A stretch of 64,000 bases of DNA. Source: Octopus vulgaris. Lineage: Eukaryota. A program made the translations under genes and the position numbers. Below are positions 38,617 to 52,418 of the stretch, one piece after another. The notes under the pieces were generated by a model that worked only from the letters and a program-made list of their open reading frames with translations, did no database searches and was not told the DNA's origin. The DNA is taken from the NCBI GenBank assembly GCA_951406725.2, contig OX597822.1, positions 72,540,001 through 72,604,000 on the forward strand, written 5' to 3'. Within the stretch, counting starts at the first letter, position 1, and each line of letters begins with the position of its first letter.

Positions 38617-39463
38617 CGAGGTCTGATCAGTAAGTATCAGAACTGTTGCCATAGTAACGAAGCTAATGAACACAGAGTACTGCAGCTGGGCACAGATTTA
38701 CCGTCTTTCGTACTAAGTTTTAGCTTTTTTGTTTACTTCCGTCGTTTACAGCAATGCTTGGAAAGAAGGTGTGTAGCGTGTGATCGATCGTCACATTGAC
38801 TATGATAGAGAAAGATGTCATGGCGATACTTGCTCAGAGACTTACGCAAAGTTAGAGACAGTGTATGGAGAAGAGTGTATGGGTCGCACACAAGGGTGCG
38901 GGAGGTTCAGATATTTCCAAGATGGTCAAAAAATGTCGATATTCGCGAACGTTTTGAGAGGCCAGCAACCAGCATAACTGAGAAAAACAACGGAGACTTG
39001 CATGAAGCTGTGAGTTATTAGACGTGCAGGTTAGTTACGGTTTAGTTCATTACCATTGAATATTTTGATATGATATGCGTGTCTGCTAAGTTTGTGCCAA
39101 AATTGCTTTCAGCTGACCAAAAATACATTCGGGTTTCAGATGCACAAGGTCTCCTTGGTTGTGTCTAGAATGATGAAAACTCTTTGAAATTTTTACGTAG
39201 GCCACAGAGCAAGTATCGCCAAGCTTTTGGCAAAATTTGATACAGATTCTCTGCTCAACTTTCTGTCATGGTCAATGCAACAATCACACGCTACAGACGT
39301 TCCTTCTAAGTATTGTTGTAAACAGCAGAATTGAGATAGAACGTTGAAGATAAGAGTGCAAATACAGCAGTATTCAAGGTCAATCTGTACCAAGACGCTT
39401 TACTCTGTGTGCTTTTGTTTCGTTACTATAGCAACAGTCCGGATACGTATTGATCCGACAACG
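38617..39463 (+). mobile_element. Mariner-derived non-autonomous element with long inverted arms
   Basis: TA-flanked ~45-bp TIRs; transposase N-terminal remnant (ETYAKLETVYGEECM...F.DG...RPATSITEKN); the 5' region is repeated in inverse at ~39205-39320. Confidence 0.85.
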
Positions 39464-39479
39464 TATATATTCTATTCTT

Positions 39480-39875
39480 TTTACTCTTTTACTTGTTTCA
39501 GTCATTTGACTGCGGCCATGCTACAGCACAATGTCCAGCCAAGCAAATCAACCCCAGGACTTATTCTCTGTAAGCCTAGTACTTATTCTAACAGTTTCTT
39601 TTACCGAACCTCTAATTTATGGAGACGTAAACAGACCACCATGGGTTGTCAAGCGGTGTTGGGGGGACAAACAAAAGCATACAAATACATACACATACAT
39701 ACACACATGCACATATATATGCGTATACGACGGGCTTCTTTCAGTTTCCGTCTACCAAATCCACACGCAAGGATTTGGTCGGCCCGAGTCTATAGTAGAA
39801 GACACTTGCCCAAGGTGGTACGCTGTGGGACGGAACCCGGAAACATGCATGCTACTTACCACACAGCCACTCCTG
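39480..39875 (-). mobile_element. SINE family A
   Basis: Colinear with the other family A copies. Confidence 0.85.
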
Positions 39876-40027
39876 TATATATATATATATATACATATAT
39901 ATCGCCGTGATCACCGTGACTGACCAGGCTATCAGATGTTGCTACACATCGCTGTTCAAAATGCGCTCCGTATTGTTTTAGCCTTCAAATGACGCCACCC
40001 CGCTGGCTAAGTGAGCAGGCCAGCATG

Positions 40028-40078
<51 letters not shown>

Positions 40079-40112
40079 ATTTATGCATTTATATATATAT
40101 ATGTATTTATGC

Positions 40113-40161
<49 letters not shown>

Positions 40162-40197
40162 TATATATATATGTATTTATGTATGAGTATATATACG

Positions 40198-40235
<38 letters not shown>

Positions 40236-40764
40236 ACATTCTCTGTCTATATATATGTGTATGTGTGTGCTTCCGCATGTATACCTACATCTTTATGGTA
40301 TTTTCTATATGTACTTATTCACAGAAAGGAAGGTAATTTCTCTTCGACAAGATGGAAAATTCAAAGTTCGTTTTACATCAATCAGGTGAGGTTCTATGTG
40401 GTCCAGCCATGTTACTCATAAATGTACACCGGCGCCAAATGTATTTCGGTTTCTTATTTTTTATTAATACTCATCGTTACAATTTTCGCAATTTTGTCTT
40501 GTTCAGAGAAAATTCAATTTCGTTGTTGTCCGGGAAGAAACAACAAATATGCGTTCTTGATTAACATTTGCCACCATTTCTAAGGCAGCTGAAAGAACGA
40601 ATCTAACTTTACCTATAGTAATTCCACTCTCGCAACAACGAATATAGGCACTTCAAAGTGAATTATAGAATCCGCACTAATTTTTATTGTACTTCAAGGT
40701 GAACTGACCTCTAATCAACTTTGACAGGAAAATAAGAAAAAAATTATATAATCCAATTAGCAAA

Positions 40765-41365
40765 TAGGAGAAGAGGTTTCGTATCGACTCCAGTACTTGA
40801 CTGGTATATCATTTTGCCAACTCTGGAAGAGAGGGAAAGTCACCCTCGGTAGAATTTGAAGTCAGAAATTAAAGATCCGGAACGAATAATGATAAACATT
40901 TTGTATGGTGTACTAACAATTTTGTTAGCGAAATATCGTTAAACATTTCGTCCGGTGTTCTAATGATTCTTGTTTCTTTATTGCCCACAAGGGGCTAAAC
41001 ATAGAGGGGACAAACAAAGACAGACAAACGGATTAAGTCGATTATATCGACCCCAGTGCGTAACTGGTAATTTATTGACCCCGAAAGGATGAAAGGCAAA
41101 CTCGACCTCAGAACGTAACGGCAGACGAAATACCTATTTCTTTATTATCCACAAGGGGCTAAACACAGAGAGGACAAACAAGGACAGACAGGCGGATTGA
41201 GACGATTACATCGATCCCAGTGCGTAACTGGTACTTATTTAATCGACCTCGAAAGGTCGAAAGGCAAAGTCGACTCCGGCGGAAGTTGAACTCAGAACGT
41301 AGCGGCAGACGAAATACCGCTAAGCATTTCGCCCAGCGCGCTAACGTTTCTGCCAGCTCGCCGCC
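40765..41365 (-). mobile_element. SINE family B nested multimer
   Basis: Junctions tail|GGTATTTCG at ~41134 and tail|AGAATC at ~40970. Confidence 0.85.
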
Positions 41366-42330
41366 TGTATTTCGACTGTAATAATTGCAATATCACAAGA
41401 AAAATCATCAACACCAATAACAGTAACCAATAATAGAAAATTACCGCAAACAGTAATACTTACAGCAATATATTCAGTAATAAATACAACAAATACGGTG
41501 AGAATAAGAACTATACAATTTCACAAACTATGAGTATATTAAACTCCCTTTCGTTAGGAAAAAAGGAATTGGTTTTTGTTTTCATTTTTGAAAAATTGAC
41601 CGAGTAATTATGTTTCATTTTCTTACTCTGTCGAGTTCTGTTAACTCGTGAAAAGAGCCAACAGTTTTAAGAGATCTATATGTTCAAAGCAATCGATCCA
41701 ACTATAACATATAGTTATATATTATTGACTTGGGTACTTATTTTGTTGAAAGTTAGTTCTCCGCTTTCTCTCCCTTTTTCTCTTTCAGTCATGGTTATTA
41801 TTATCCACATCGATTCCTTTTCACTAGACATGACGGTAATGCTTATTAGTTTTGAGTATGATCTTCAATCATTATTTTCTCCTGCGTGTATATATTGTTG
41901 CTGCCTATTGCCACATCAGTCCTGGTTGTGTTACCAAAAAGCGTTCACATCGTTCACTATGCCATATCTTCCCAAGATATATTTAACCAAGAATTACATT
42001 ATTAATCTATTATTTCTTTCCCCATTTAAGGCTATAGGGTGTGATTTGAGTAAGATTTTGCCTAAACACACGATAGATCGTGCACCCGATTAGGAGGTCC
42101 TGTATTCGGTTTTCTGGTACATGTTACCGATGAAAGCAAGACACCATTTCAACAGTGTTTGAACACAGAATGTAGAGAGACCAAAGAAGACTCTGTAATG
42201 TATTCACTATGCCTTTCTACTATCTTGGAATGTCTATCGATCATTTCCCCCTCATATACCGAGCATGAGTATAGACAATTTTGTATAACAGGGTAAAGTT
42301 GAGAGTATTTGTGCCAATATATTACTATAA

Positions 42331-42968
42331 AGCGCAGAAGTGGCTGTGTGGTAAGTAGCTTGCTTACCAACCACATAGTTTCGGGTTCATTCCCACTGCG
42401 TGGCACCTTGGGCAATTGCCTTCTACTATAGCTTCGGGCCGATCAAAGCTTTGTGAGTGGATTTAGTAGACGGAAACTGAAAGAATCCCGTCGTTGGTTC
42501 CAGGTTCAGTCACACTACGTAGCACCTTGGTCAGGTGTCTTCTACTATATCTTCGGGCCAACCAAAGCCTTGTGAGTAGATTTGGTAGACGGAAACTTAA
42601 AAAAGCCCTTCATTGGTCCTAGGTTTAGTTCCACTACGTGGCACCTTGGGCAAGTGTCTTCTACTATAGCCTCGGGCCAACCAAAGCCTTATGAATGGAT
42701 TTGGAAGACGGAATGTGAAAGAATCCCGTCGTATATAAGTATATATATTTATATGTATGTGTGTGTATGTTGATGTTTGTCCCCCCAACATCGCTTGACA
42801 ACCGATGGTGTGTTTACGTCCCCGTAACTTAGCGGTTCGGCAAAAGTGACCGATAGAATAAGTACTAGGCTTACAAAGAATAAGTCCCGGTGTCGATTTG
42901 CTCGACTAAAGGCGGTGCTCCAGCATGGCCACACTAAAATGACTGAAACGAGTAAAAGAATAAAAGAG
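42331..42968 (+). mobile_element. SINE family A with a triplicated internal ~120-bp segment
   Basis: One head, three B-box/CORE-like bodies restarting at TTGGT(T)CC (~42493, ~42614), and one tail. Confidence 0.88.
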
Positions 42969-43061
42969 AGAGTAAGCGTCAGAAAGATAAGCGCCTGATA
43001 TCATTAGTAGTATTTATACTTTTACTTCTTTCCATTGTTCGCATGACTGGGAACCGCCTAT

Positions 43062-43458
43062 AAGGCGGCGAGCTGGCAAAATCGCTAGCACGCCGGACGA
43101 AATGCTTAGCAGTATTTCGTCTGCCGCTAAGTTATGAGTCCAAATTCCGCCGAGGTCGACTTTGCCTTTCATCCTTTCTGACTCAATTAAATAAGTACCA
43201 GTTACGCACTGGGGCAATATAATCGACTTAATCCGTTTGTCTGTCCTTGTTTGTCCTCTCTGTGTTTAGCCCCTTGTGGGTAGTAAAGAAATAGGTACTT
43301 CATCTGCCATTATGTTCTGAGTTCATATTCCGCCGAGGTCAACTTTGCCTTTCATCCTTTCGGGGTCGATAAATTAAGTACAAGTTGCGAACTGAGATCG
43401 ATGTGATCGACTATCCCCCTCCCCACAAAATCCTGGCCTTGTGCCTAGAATAGAAACG
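43062..43458 (+). mobile_element. SINE family B nested dimer
   Basis: The young tail ...GTAAAGAAATA is followed at ~43294 by GGTACTTCATCTG and a body with the old-type tail. Confidence 0.85.
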
Positions 43459-44812
43459 GCTGGGAATCACCTATAAGGGTTTGTGGTGCCCCAAGCGCAT
43501 TACTTATTTCATTGTCGTGCTGTTTTGTCCACCCTATTTATCGAACTGCTAGGTTGCAGTTTGACATCAGAAGCGAAACTGGAGACACCGGCTTTATATA
43601 TTTCCCTTCACTAAGTATTACTTATAAGGCATTAGGCCAGAAGAAATATAAGAGTGAAGGTGCGTCTCCAGAACTCCAAGGTACGTTGCAGCAGGATCGA
43701 ACCCCGAATACAAGATTGCGAAGCTAAACTTTTAACCAGATAGCTATGACAATACCAATATTGTTTAGATATATTTTCAGTAACTGATGTCATGTTGTAC
43801 TCTAGCTGGTAATCTGCATCCTGTTCACTTTACAATTTTGACTATTTCAATTATTGAACCACAATATAAAGGCGAGGTCATCGAAATGCCGGAAATCGCA
43901 TATCGAAACCTTTGTTTATTTCCCGTCTTATTCCAAAATTCTATTAAAGTATCTAGGTAAAAATTATTCCAGTTCCACTATTGCTTACTAAAACTTATGT
44001 AAAGATTTGTTTTTAAATAACACTTCCGCTAATTTTATTCAGTGTATTCACCAACCCGAACATTGCGTGTGTTGATTATAGTTATTAAGAGAGTAAATTA
44101 AAAATATTCATTAGTGAATAATTATAGCATTTCAGCGAAATCGTTAGAAATTGGCACCGGTTCCAGTTAACCAAACAATAGCACTTAGATTTTAATTATA
44201 CGTACAATAATTGTTTGGAAATTTTACACTAAATTATTTACTGCTGTAGCTGTAACATTTCACTCTTGTGAAGTGTATTGCCTACGTCGCTTATATCATT
44301 ATCTAAAACTATATACACGATTGTTGTTTAGAAGTATATGATGTTCTGCATAATTATATTTGATGCATATAAACAAATCAATTGAGTAGCATAAATATGA
44401 AAAGCAACGGATGTAAAAGAAATGTGAATAAATGTTTATGATACATAATGTGGTAAAAACTATTAAAGGGCTAAATGAAGATCTTTGAAAATACATTAGA
44501 AATTGGTTGGTAAATTGAATAATTATATTGGTTAAGAAAGAGCATTGCTTTCCCATTTTATCACTTTATAGAGTCACACACTTGCTCATATGTATTGCCT
44601 TATACATACATACATACACCCATACATAAATACATGCATATTTAGATACAGAGAGAGAGAGGGGGGAAAGAGAGAGTGAGAGGAAGTCACAGACATACAC
44701 ATATATGCTATTTTCAGTGAGTACATTTAGATGTATAATGGCGATGAGCAATAGCTAGAAGTATATTGAGTTCTACATAACCAGCTGATCTAGCAAGCGG
44801 GGCCTCATATAT

Positions 44813-45015
44813 ATAGTTAATCCAAACTACAAAGAGAAAACACAACAACGCAAGGACGTGGAACAAGTATAGTGTTATTCGACGCTCAGGAAAGGAAAGA
44901 AAGAAGGAGAATTTTAACGTTTCGAACGGAGCTCTTCGTCAGAAACATAGAAAAAGGAAAGGTCCAAGGAATGAGAGACGGAGAAAGAAAATCGCCAACG
45001 ATACACACGTGGTCA
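44813..45015 (-). mobile_element. PLE pseudo-LTR fragment with minimal hammerhead (44912-44946)
   Basis: GUUU-CUGACGA-A-GAGC-UCC-GUUC-GAA-ACGU-U-AAAA; homologous to 4961-5148. Confidence 0.75.
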
Positions 45016-46713
45016 CCCCACCACACATATATATATCTGTGTGTGTGCGTGAGTGTGTGCGTTTGTGTGTCTGTGTGTATATGTGTCTATGTGTATTTGT
45101 GTGGTTCAATACATAAATGTAATATGTTACTGATGGATATAGTTCAGCAAAGCGATTTCTTCTCAGCTACAATCGTTTACCAGATTTCATTAGAGGTTTT
45201 GTCATATAATAGAGATAATAAACCATAATGTTTAAAAATGTAAAGAAACAGAAAATGAGATTAAAATCATGAGAAACGGTAATTGTAAAATAACTGTAAA
45301 ATTGATCTTTTATTGCGACAAGTTGTCAGAATGCATAATGAAAATGTCAAAATTTATGTTGGATTGAGGCAATATTATTAGCAGGATAGAAAAAAAAATC
45401 ACCATGATGAGGATAAAATGAAGGAAAAACGTATTTAAAAAATTAACGACATGCCATGCATATTTGATTGATAACATATTGTTCGAGTGAAATATGCTGC
45501 AAAAGAACTTCCAGATGTTAAGTGAAGTGCGAACTCTATATATTTCTTAATTACAATTTTACTGTATAGAAACCTTTGTAGCAATTCAACGTAATAAAAT
45601 GTAATACTATAAAACCGATTCAATGTTAGCAGTTAAGATTTACTGGTGATAGGTTATTGCTTTCATAATCAACCAAAACATGTTGGTACTTGTTATTTAT
45701 CATCATACTATACATTAAAAGCAATCCATTATTTAATTGTGTGTTCCGTTTCCTTTTTCTTTGCTATATATCAGATGATAAATCATGTCGAAATATTAAT
45801 AGATTAGATGTGTTAGAAAACATTAGCAGTTTCACAATTGTGCATTTGATCCTTGTAGAAATCATATCCAACGGAGAGACTGGTATTAGTAGAGGGTGAT
45901 TATAAGTATAACAATGCACAGCTACCCTTAGACTGCATATAATAGCAAAAGATCGAATGTTCATTCCAAAAGTTATTCAATTGATCACATATCACAATTA
46001 ATCACACCATATTGCAAAATACATTTAACCTTTGTCTACAATATGCTGCGGGTGATAATATTTAAAAATAGAAAAAAAATAACCGAATCTAAGGAAACGA
46101 GAAATCAAAAGGATACAATCCTATTCTTAATTGAAGCAAGGGAAAAAGCATACTCATTGTGCTTACATATACACACGCATACATACATACATACATACAT
46201 ACATACATACATACATACATACATACATACATACATACATACACACATTCATACTCCCCGCCCACACACAAACACACACATAAACACATATTCACATACA
46301 CACACACACACACACATATATATATGTATAATGGTCGAAAGAAGTAAGAGAGGGAGGTGTAGTTTGATGAAAGTACTAAAACAAATCAGGTATAGTAATC
46401 AGTGAAATAACTCTTTCACGTATATAATTTAGGCAATAAAGCAAAGATATTTACTGCATAAAAATGAGAATGGATTGTTAAGATTAATATTATCGAAACG
46501 GAACACTAGAACAACAAAATAAACTTATAATTATTTCTTCCCGTTTTCAATTTGAGAGAAAAGGGTCTATATCCAATATTGTAATTAGAAATTATGTAAT
46601 ACTATATATATTTAGATAGATATATGTATATCATGTGTATGTGCGTGTGGGCGTGCGCGTGAATACACGTACATGTATATGACTAACTATACACATAATT
46701 CCATATATATATA

Positions 46714-46749
<36 letters not shown>

Positions 46750-46755
<6 letters not shown>

Positions 46756-46930
46756 GAATTTACAATAAAAACAAAAGAATTTACAATAAAAACAACAAAC
46801 AGATATATTAGTTTAACGCTCGGGAAGTAAGAAATTCTTTTACGTTTCGAGCCTACGCTCTTCAACAGAAAGGAACACAAACATAAACAGAGAGACAAAA
46901 AAAAGGTCTACTAGCTAACGATCATTCATA
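46750..46930 (-). mobile_element. PLE pseudo-LTR fragment with variant hammerhead (46837-46872)
   Basis: CUUU-CUGUUGA-A-GAGC-GUAG-GCUC-GAA-ACGU-A-AAAG; homologous to 25091-25290. Confidence 0.7.
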
Positions 46931-47430
46931 GATACAGGACGATTTGTGATAGGTGTTCAGTGGCGTTCAGTGAAAGCTTCATACTAGCTGCTGCTCCGGA
47001 ATGAAAGATGTCATACTAAACACCCAATCGTAGTTGTAACTGTCGAAACATAGAAGCGTGTGAACTCTACCGGGAATGCATAATCGGGTCAATGATTTAA
47101 AAAGGGGAAGTCACAGCTTCAGTGCTTGACAATGAAGAAACCCGAAAGAAAAATTACATTGCTTTATGCGACGTTAGATTTAAAGATAGATATGCAAACC
47201 ACCAGTCTTCTTTCCGTCACGTGCACCTTGAATTAGAACCCTTTATATAGGTATACAGATATGTAGACACATCTTGCTCTCCATTCACGTGCTCTTGGTT
47301 TCTGAATTACTGCTTTGTATCCTGAGCAAGTGTCTTGTATTATAGCCCCGAGCCGATCAATACCTTATGTGTGGATTTCGTAGATGGAAACAAAGACACC
47401 TGTCGTACATATAATATATATATATATATT

Positions 47431-47782
47431 CGAGGAGGTATCGAAAGGTCCACGGACTAGTTCTGTACCACACCAACAGATGGCAGCACACAGTTGCGTG
47501 CGGACAGAGAGCTAGCAGTAGCCTTCATGTGACAGTGTGCCGTGTGACGCCGTTGTGTTTATTTCGTTAGTTGTGAAATTTGTGTTTTAGTCATCACATA
47601 TATCCTATATTCTGAGATTTTGTTCTGGACAGCATGATGGAACAAAGAGCCAACGTCAAAGTTTGTGTTAAGCTTGGAAAGCCAATAGGTTTTACACAAT
47701 GCTGCGAGTGGCACCGGGGCTTCAAAAGCGGAAGAGCATCCCTGGGAGGCGATGAGAGATCTCGAAGAGTTGCCACTAGCGT
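47431..47782 (+). mobile_element. Mariner 5' fragment
   Basis: CGAGG TIR-like start; MEQRANVKVCVKLGK...EWHRGFKSGRASL..DERS is a mariner transposase N-terminal HTH remnant. Confidence 0.8.
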
Positions 47783-47789
47783 AACCTGC

Positions 47790-48045
47790 TTATACTCTTT
47801 AACTCTTTTATTTGTTTTAGTCATTTGACTGCGGCCATGCTGAAGCATCGCCTTTAGTCGAACAAATCGACCCCAGGACTTATTCTTTGGAAGCCTAGTA
47901 CTTATTCTATTGGTAAGTTTTGCCGAACCGCTAAGTTACGGGGACGTATACACACTACCATCGGTTGTCAAGCGTCCATTTCCCCGACTATAGGCGGTGC
48001 TCCAGCATGGCCGCAGTCAAATGACTGAAACAAGTAAAAGAGTAA
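47790..48045. mobile_element. Two SINE family A 3' ends fused in inverted orientation
   Basis: ~47800-47858 and ~47985-48043 are inverted copies of the tail. Confidence 0.75.
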
Positions 48046-48241
48046 AATAATATATATATATATATAATATCATATATGTATATATATATCATATGTACAT
48101 ATGTGTGTCTGTATACATATATGTATATATATATATATATATACATATATATGTCGTATACATCTACATATGTATATACATATATACATATATATATACA
48201 TATAATTCGTATACATCTACATATGTATATGCGTTGTATAC

Positions 48242-48289
<48 letters not shown>

Positions 48290-48751
48290 GTATGTATGTA
48301 TTTGTAGAGATATATGTATATAAGTGTATATGTATATCTCTGTGTGAGCATTTTTGTGTCTATTCTAGTGTCCCTTCCCACCCCCTGTCAACCTGTGTTG
48401 TTTCAGATTAAGAGATTGAATAAATAACTTTTTTTTGTTTTCTTCTACTCTAGGCACAAAGTCCGAAATTTTGGGGGAGGGGGCCAGTAGATTGCATCGA
48501 CCCCAGTACTCAACTGGCACTTAATTAATCGACTCCGAAAGGATGAAAGGCAAAGTCGACCTCAGCAGAATTTGAACTCAGAACGTAAAAATACAGGAGT
48601 CTATTAGTTCGACTATAATTCAGCAAGGTGGTGCCACAGCATGGCGACACTGTAATGACTGAAACAAGTAAAACATTTAAACATTAAAGGTTAAAAGATA
48701 TATATATATATATATTGTTATATTTCGGAATGGTCATTTTGCCAGTTTAGC

Positions 48752-48844
<93 letters not shown>

Positions 48845-50539
48845 ATGTATATGTATAATTGTAAGTTTGTATGTATGTATGCATGTATGTATGCATGCAT
48901 GCATGTATGTATACAGTGAGTAAGGAAGAAATTTAAATGCACATCGTGACTTTTAGATAATTTATTAACATTCACTTAACCGGTTTCATATTTTCTTGAC
49001 TTCAAATCTGAGTTGCATAGAGGACACTATGCCATATAATCACATCACTCCTGGTTGTCCTATTTGACAGCATTTGATGCCATTACCGTAATACTTTTGA
49101 TGTTACACCTGGCTAATTTCATTTGATCTATCTATCCAAGTACTTCTTAAATAATTTCATGTTAGATGTGAGCAATCAAGATTGTTTCGTTACCTGATAA
49201 ACCCATCAAAAGTTGACGCCACGTTAGTTACTCAATTCTTTATTTTGCCGAAAGAAAGCTTTTGGTGAGATTGTTGATGATGTCATTGCTCCATTTGAAA
49301 TGTCACAGTGCTATTCTTCAATATTCTACTAGAATAATTATATAAGGGCACGTCTGTCTTGTAAAAGAAGCTCTTCACCTCTTCATAAAAAAATTGTCAT
49401 TTATTTCATTAAATATGATGTTGTAACTAAGATTACATAAACAAACAAAACTAGATTTGTTTCACTATTCATAGGCAAAAAGAACAATTTTCTGAGAGAA
49501 GATAGATTTTTCTGGAAGGGAATATTTAGATGGATGTAGGAAATAAACCAGCAAAATTTGTTTCGATAAAACCACAGATTAAATAGGGACAAATACAGAA
49601 AAAAATGTTTATTAAAAAATATAAACCACGATTGAATAAACTATAACAGTATATCAAGTAAATATGTAGCGCCTCCCTGTCTATAATTGGAGATCAGGGA
49701 TCATTATTTTCCAGTTATTTTCTTTAAAAACAACAACCGGACCTTCAAAATTATGTAATGACGTCATCAATTAGCTGACCAATAGATTTCATTCGAGAAA
49801 CCACCAACAACACTAATTGACGTAAATAAAAAATTAACCAGAATGGGATTCTACAAATGCTTTTTGTAGCATCACGAGGGAACTAATTAACCAGGATTGC
49901 TCATCACTAATATCAAACTAGTCAAAGCTACCAAAACAGAAAAAAAAAAGAATAAAATCAAATCAAAAGCAATCAAGCGTAATACCAAAAGTATTTCTAT
50001 ATTCAGCTTTAAATCAACTGCTCATACAGTCAAATATGAACTACCAGAATAACAGTCTGTGTTAAACTTGCAATAAAACTTTAGAGTCGAATATATTGCG
50101 TTATAGAAAACTTCATCTCACACTTCTTTCGAGAATCATGAAATGACGTAGACGGTTACATAAAGGCACGTCTAGTGCATTTTCAATTGTTTTCTTTTAT
50201 ACTTCGACTCGTTCTGAAAAAATAATTCGCCTGTATAATATGTATATCGATACATACGTACATATACATATGTATTCATACGCTCACAAAGAAACACTTA
50301 TACATATGTATGCTTACATTTGTAGTGTAAGGTTTCAAGTCGCTATGTTTGATAAAACTGTTTAATGTGTATGTATCTATATGTATATATGCATACATGT
50401 ACATAACATATATACATTAATACATACACAAAAATATATCTTATATATATGCTTATATATATATATATGCACACAGGTATATGTGTGTATGTGCGTGTGT
50501 GTGTCGTGTGTGCGCGCATGTGTGTCTGCATTTTTGTGT

Positions 50540-51395
50540 ATGTAGAGAGGTCGGTAGGTAGGTACGTTTACTTTTCCGTACAAGAAATACATACAAATCA
50601 CTTTTAAATATGACGGAACGCACGCATCCATTTCTAAATAAGATTGTTCTTGATATTAATAATGATGCGCACTCTTGACCTTTCTGTCCCCTCCCTTTCT
50701 CAGCCTTCATTCTTTCTGGTGTCCTTTTTTCTACCTTACTCTATCTCCCTCTCTCTCTCATTCTTAATGGTTTCCTCACAACCATTCCCTTTTTTTTCTC
50801 TCCCTTTCTCTTGCTCCTCCTCCTCCCTCCCGTCGTTGATCCGCGACGAGAGCTTTGCTACTGCCTTTCTGGCCTGGCGGCCTTGATGTGTAGACGGCAT
50901 TTTCTGTTGCTACTTCGCCGTTCTAAAAACTAGCGTTCGTAACACTTTATCTCGTTCGGTTTAACAGCCCTTCTTGTCTTGTTATTCTCCTTGTCCTGTC
51001 TTTTACTGTTTATATTTTGTACTGTCGTTACTGTCCTGTTTTTGTTACCATTTTTACCCCTCCGCAAAAAGATCTCACATTTTATTTAATTTGCTTTTCG
51101 CGGGAAGGAAAGTTTCTATCGAAGATGCGTATCGCTTTCACCTTCGGAACGCAGAGTAGATGAAACCATGGCGACTGAAGAAGGGGGATTTTCCTTGTGC
51201 TATTTGTCCTGTACTCTTTTTTACGTTGTTTAAGAAAAGTGTCCAGTTCCATGGTTTTGTGTTTATGTTTTCGTTTCTCATTGTGTTCGACGTTTTTTTG
51301 GTATCCTGTACCCATATATGCATGTATATATACATGTAGAGGTAGGTACGTACATATATGTATGTATATATGCATATGTTTTATTTATTAACTTA
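50540..51395 (+). mobile_element. ~0.85-kb retrozyme-like element (copy 2)
   Basis: Colinear with 63050-63860 and with the reverse complement of 2022-2900; ends at TTTATTAA before TA-rich DNA. Confidence 0.8.
51105..51196 (+). ncRNA. Candidate permuted hammerhead (copy 2), GAAA mutated to GGAA
   Basis: UGCGUA^UCGCU-uuca-CCUUC-GGAACGCA-linker-GGCGA-CUGAAGA-A-GGGGG. Confidence 0.55.
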
Positions 51396-51418
51396 CTATA
51401 TAGATATGTACACATACA

Positions 51419-51458
<40 letters not shown>

Positions 51459-52418
51459 TGTATATATATATATATATGTATATACACACAAACATATAGC
51501 AAATTAAAAAGGGTGGCTTATTAGTAATACAAATCTAAAGGTAAATCTATCTATCTATCTATCTATATATATAAAAATGAAGTTGTGTGAGTGTCTGTCT
51601 CCTACGATTTAGATTCCTAACTACTCCCACATTTTGCGGTGCAGTTTAACCAAATTCGGGTATCTTATAGTCGTGATTCATATCAAACCCGTCTGGATAT
51701 TAGCGCGCGTCTACGGTGAGTCTACGATTTTAAAAATAATTTACCATAATTTCTTTCCATTTTAGCGCATATATTTTCGTGTGTCGATGGCGTCGGAGTT
51801 GGCGTCCATGCTCACACCTGCACCTGCGTTGCTTCTCCCCCTTCTTCCCTCCCTCATGAAGCTGTGGGGAAGGGAATGTAAAGAAATCAACGTCGTAAAG
51901 CGTTGTCAAGGAGACCAGCGTTCTTTTAGAACAACGACTTCATGGCTTGAAGTCGCCAAAACAGAAATCGCTAAAAAAGCTGAAACAGATCCACAAAAAC
52001 GGCAAAAACCGCCACACAGGGCAGGTTTCCTGTGCAAACAATTTGCACAACCGAATGTTTTAGTTGTTGCACAAATCTTTATATATAAAAGTGAAGTTGT
52101 GTGTCTGTCTCCTACGATTTAGATTCCTAACTACTCCCACATTTTGCGGTGTAGTTTAACCAAAACCGGGTATCTTATAGTCGTGATTCATATCGAGCCC
52201 TTCTGTGTATTAGCGCGCGTCTACGATGAGTCTACGATTTTAAAAATAATTTACCATAATTTTTTCCATTTTAATGCATTTTGTTGCTATTATATAAGGG
52301 AAGTAACTCTCTTAAAATGTCTACGATGAGTCAACGATTTAAAAAAAATTTACTATAATTTTTTTTCCATTTTTAATGCATTTTTTGGCTATAACTCTCT
52401 AAAAATGCTTTATAGTTA

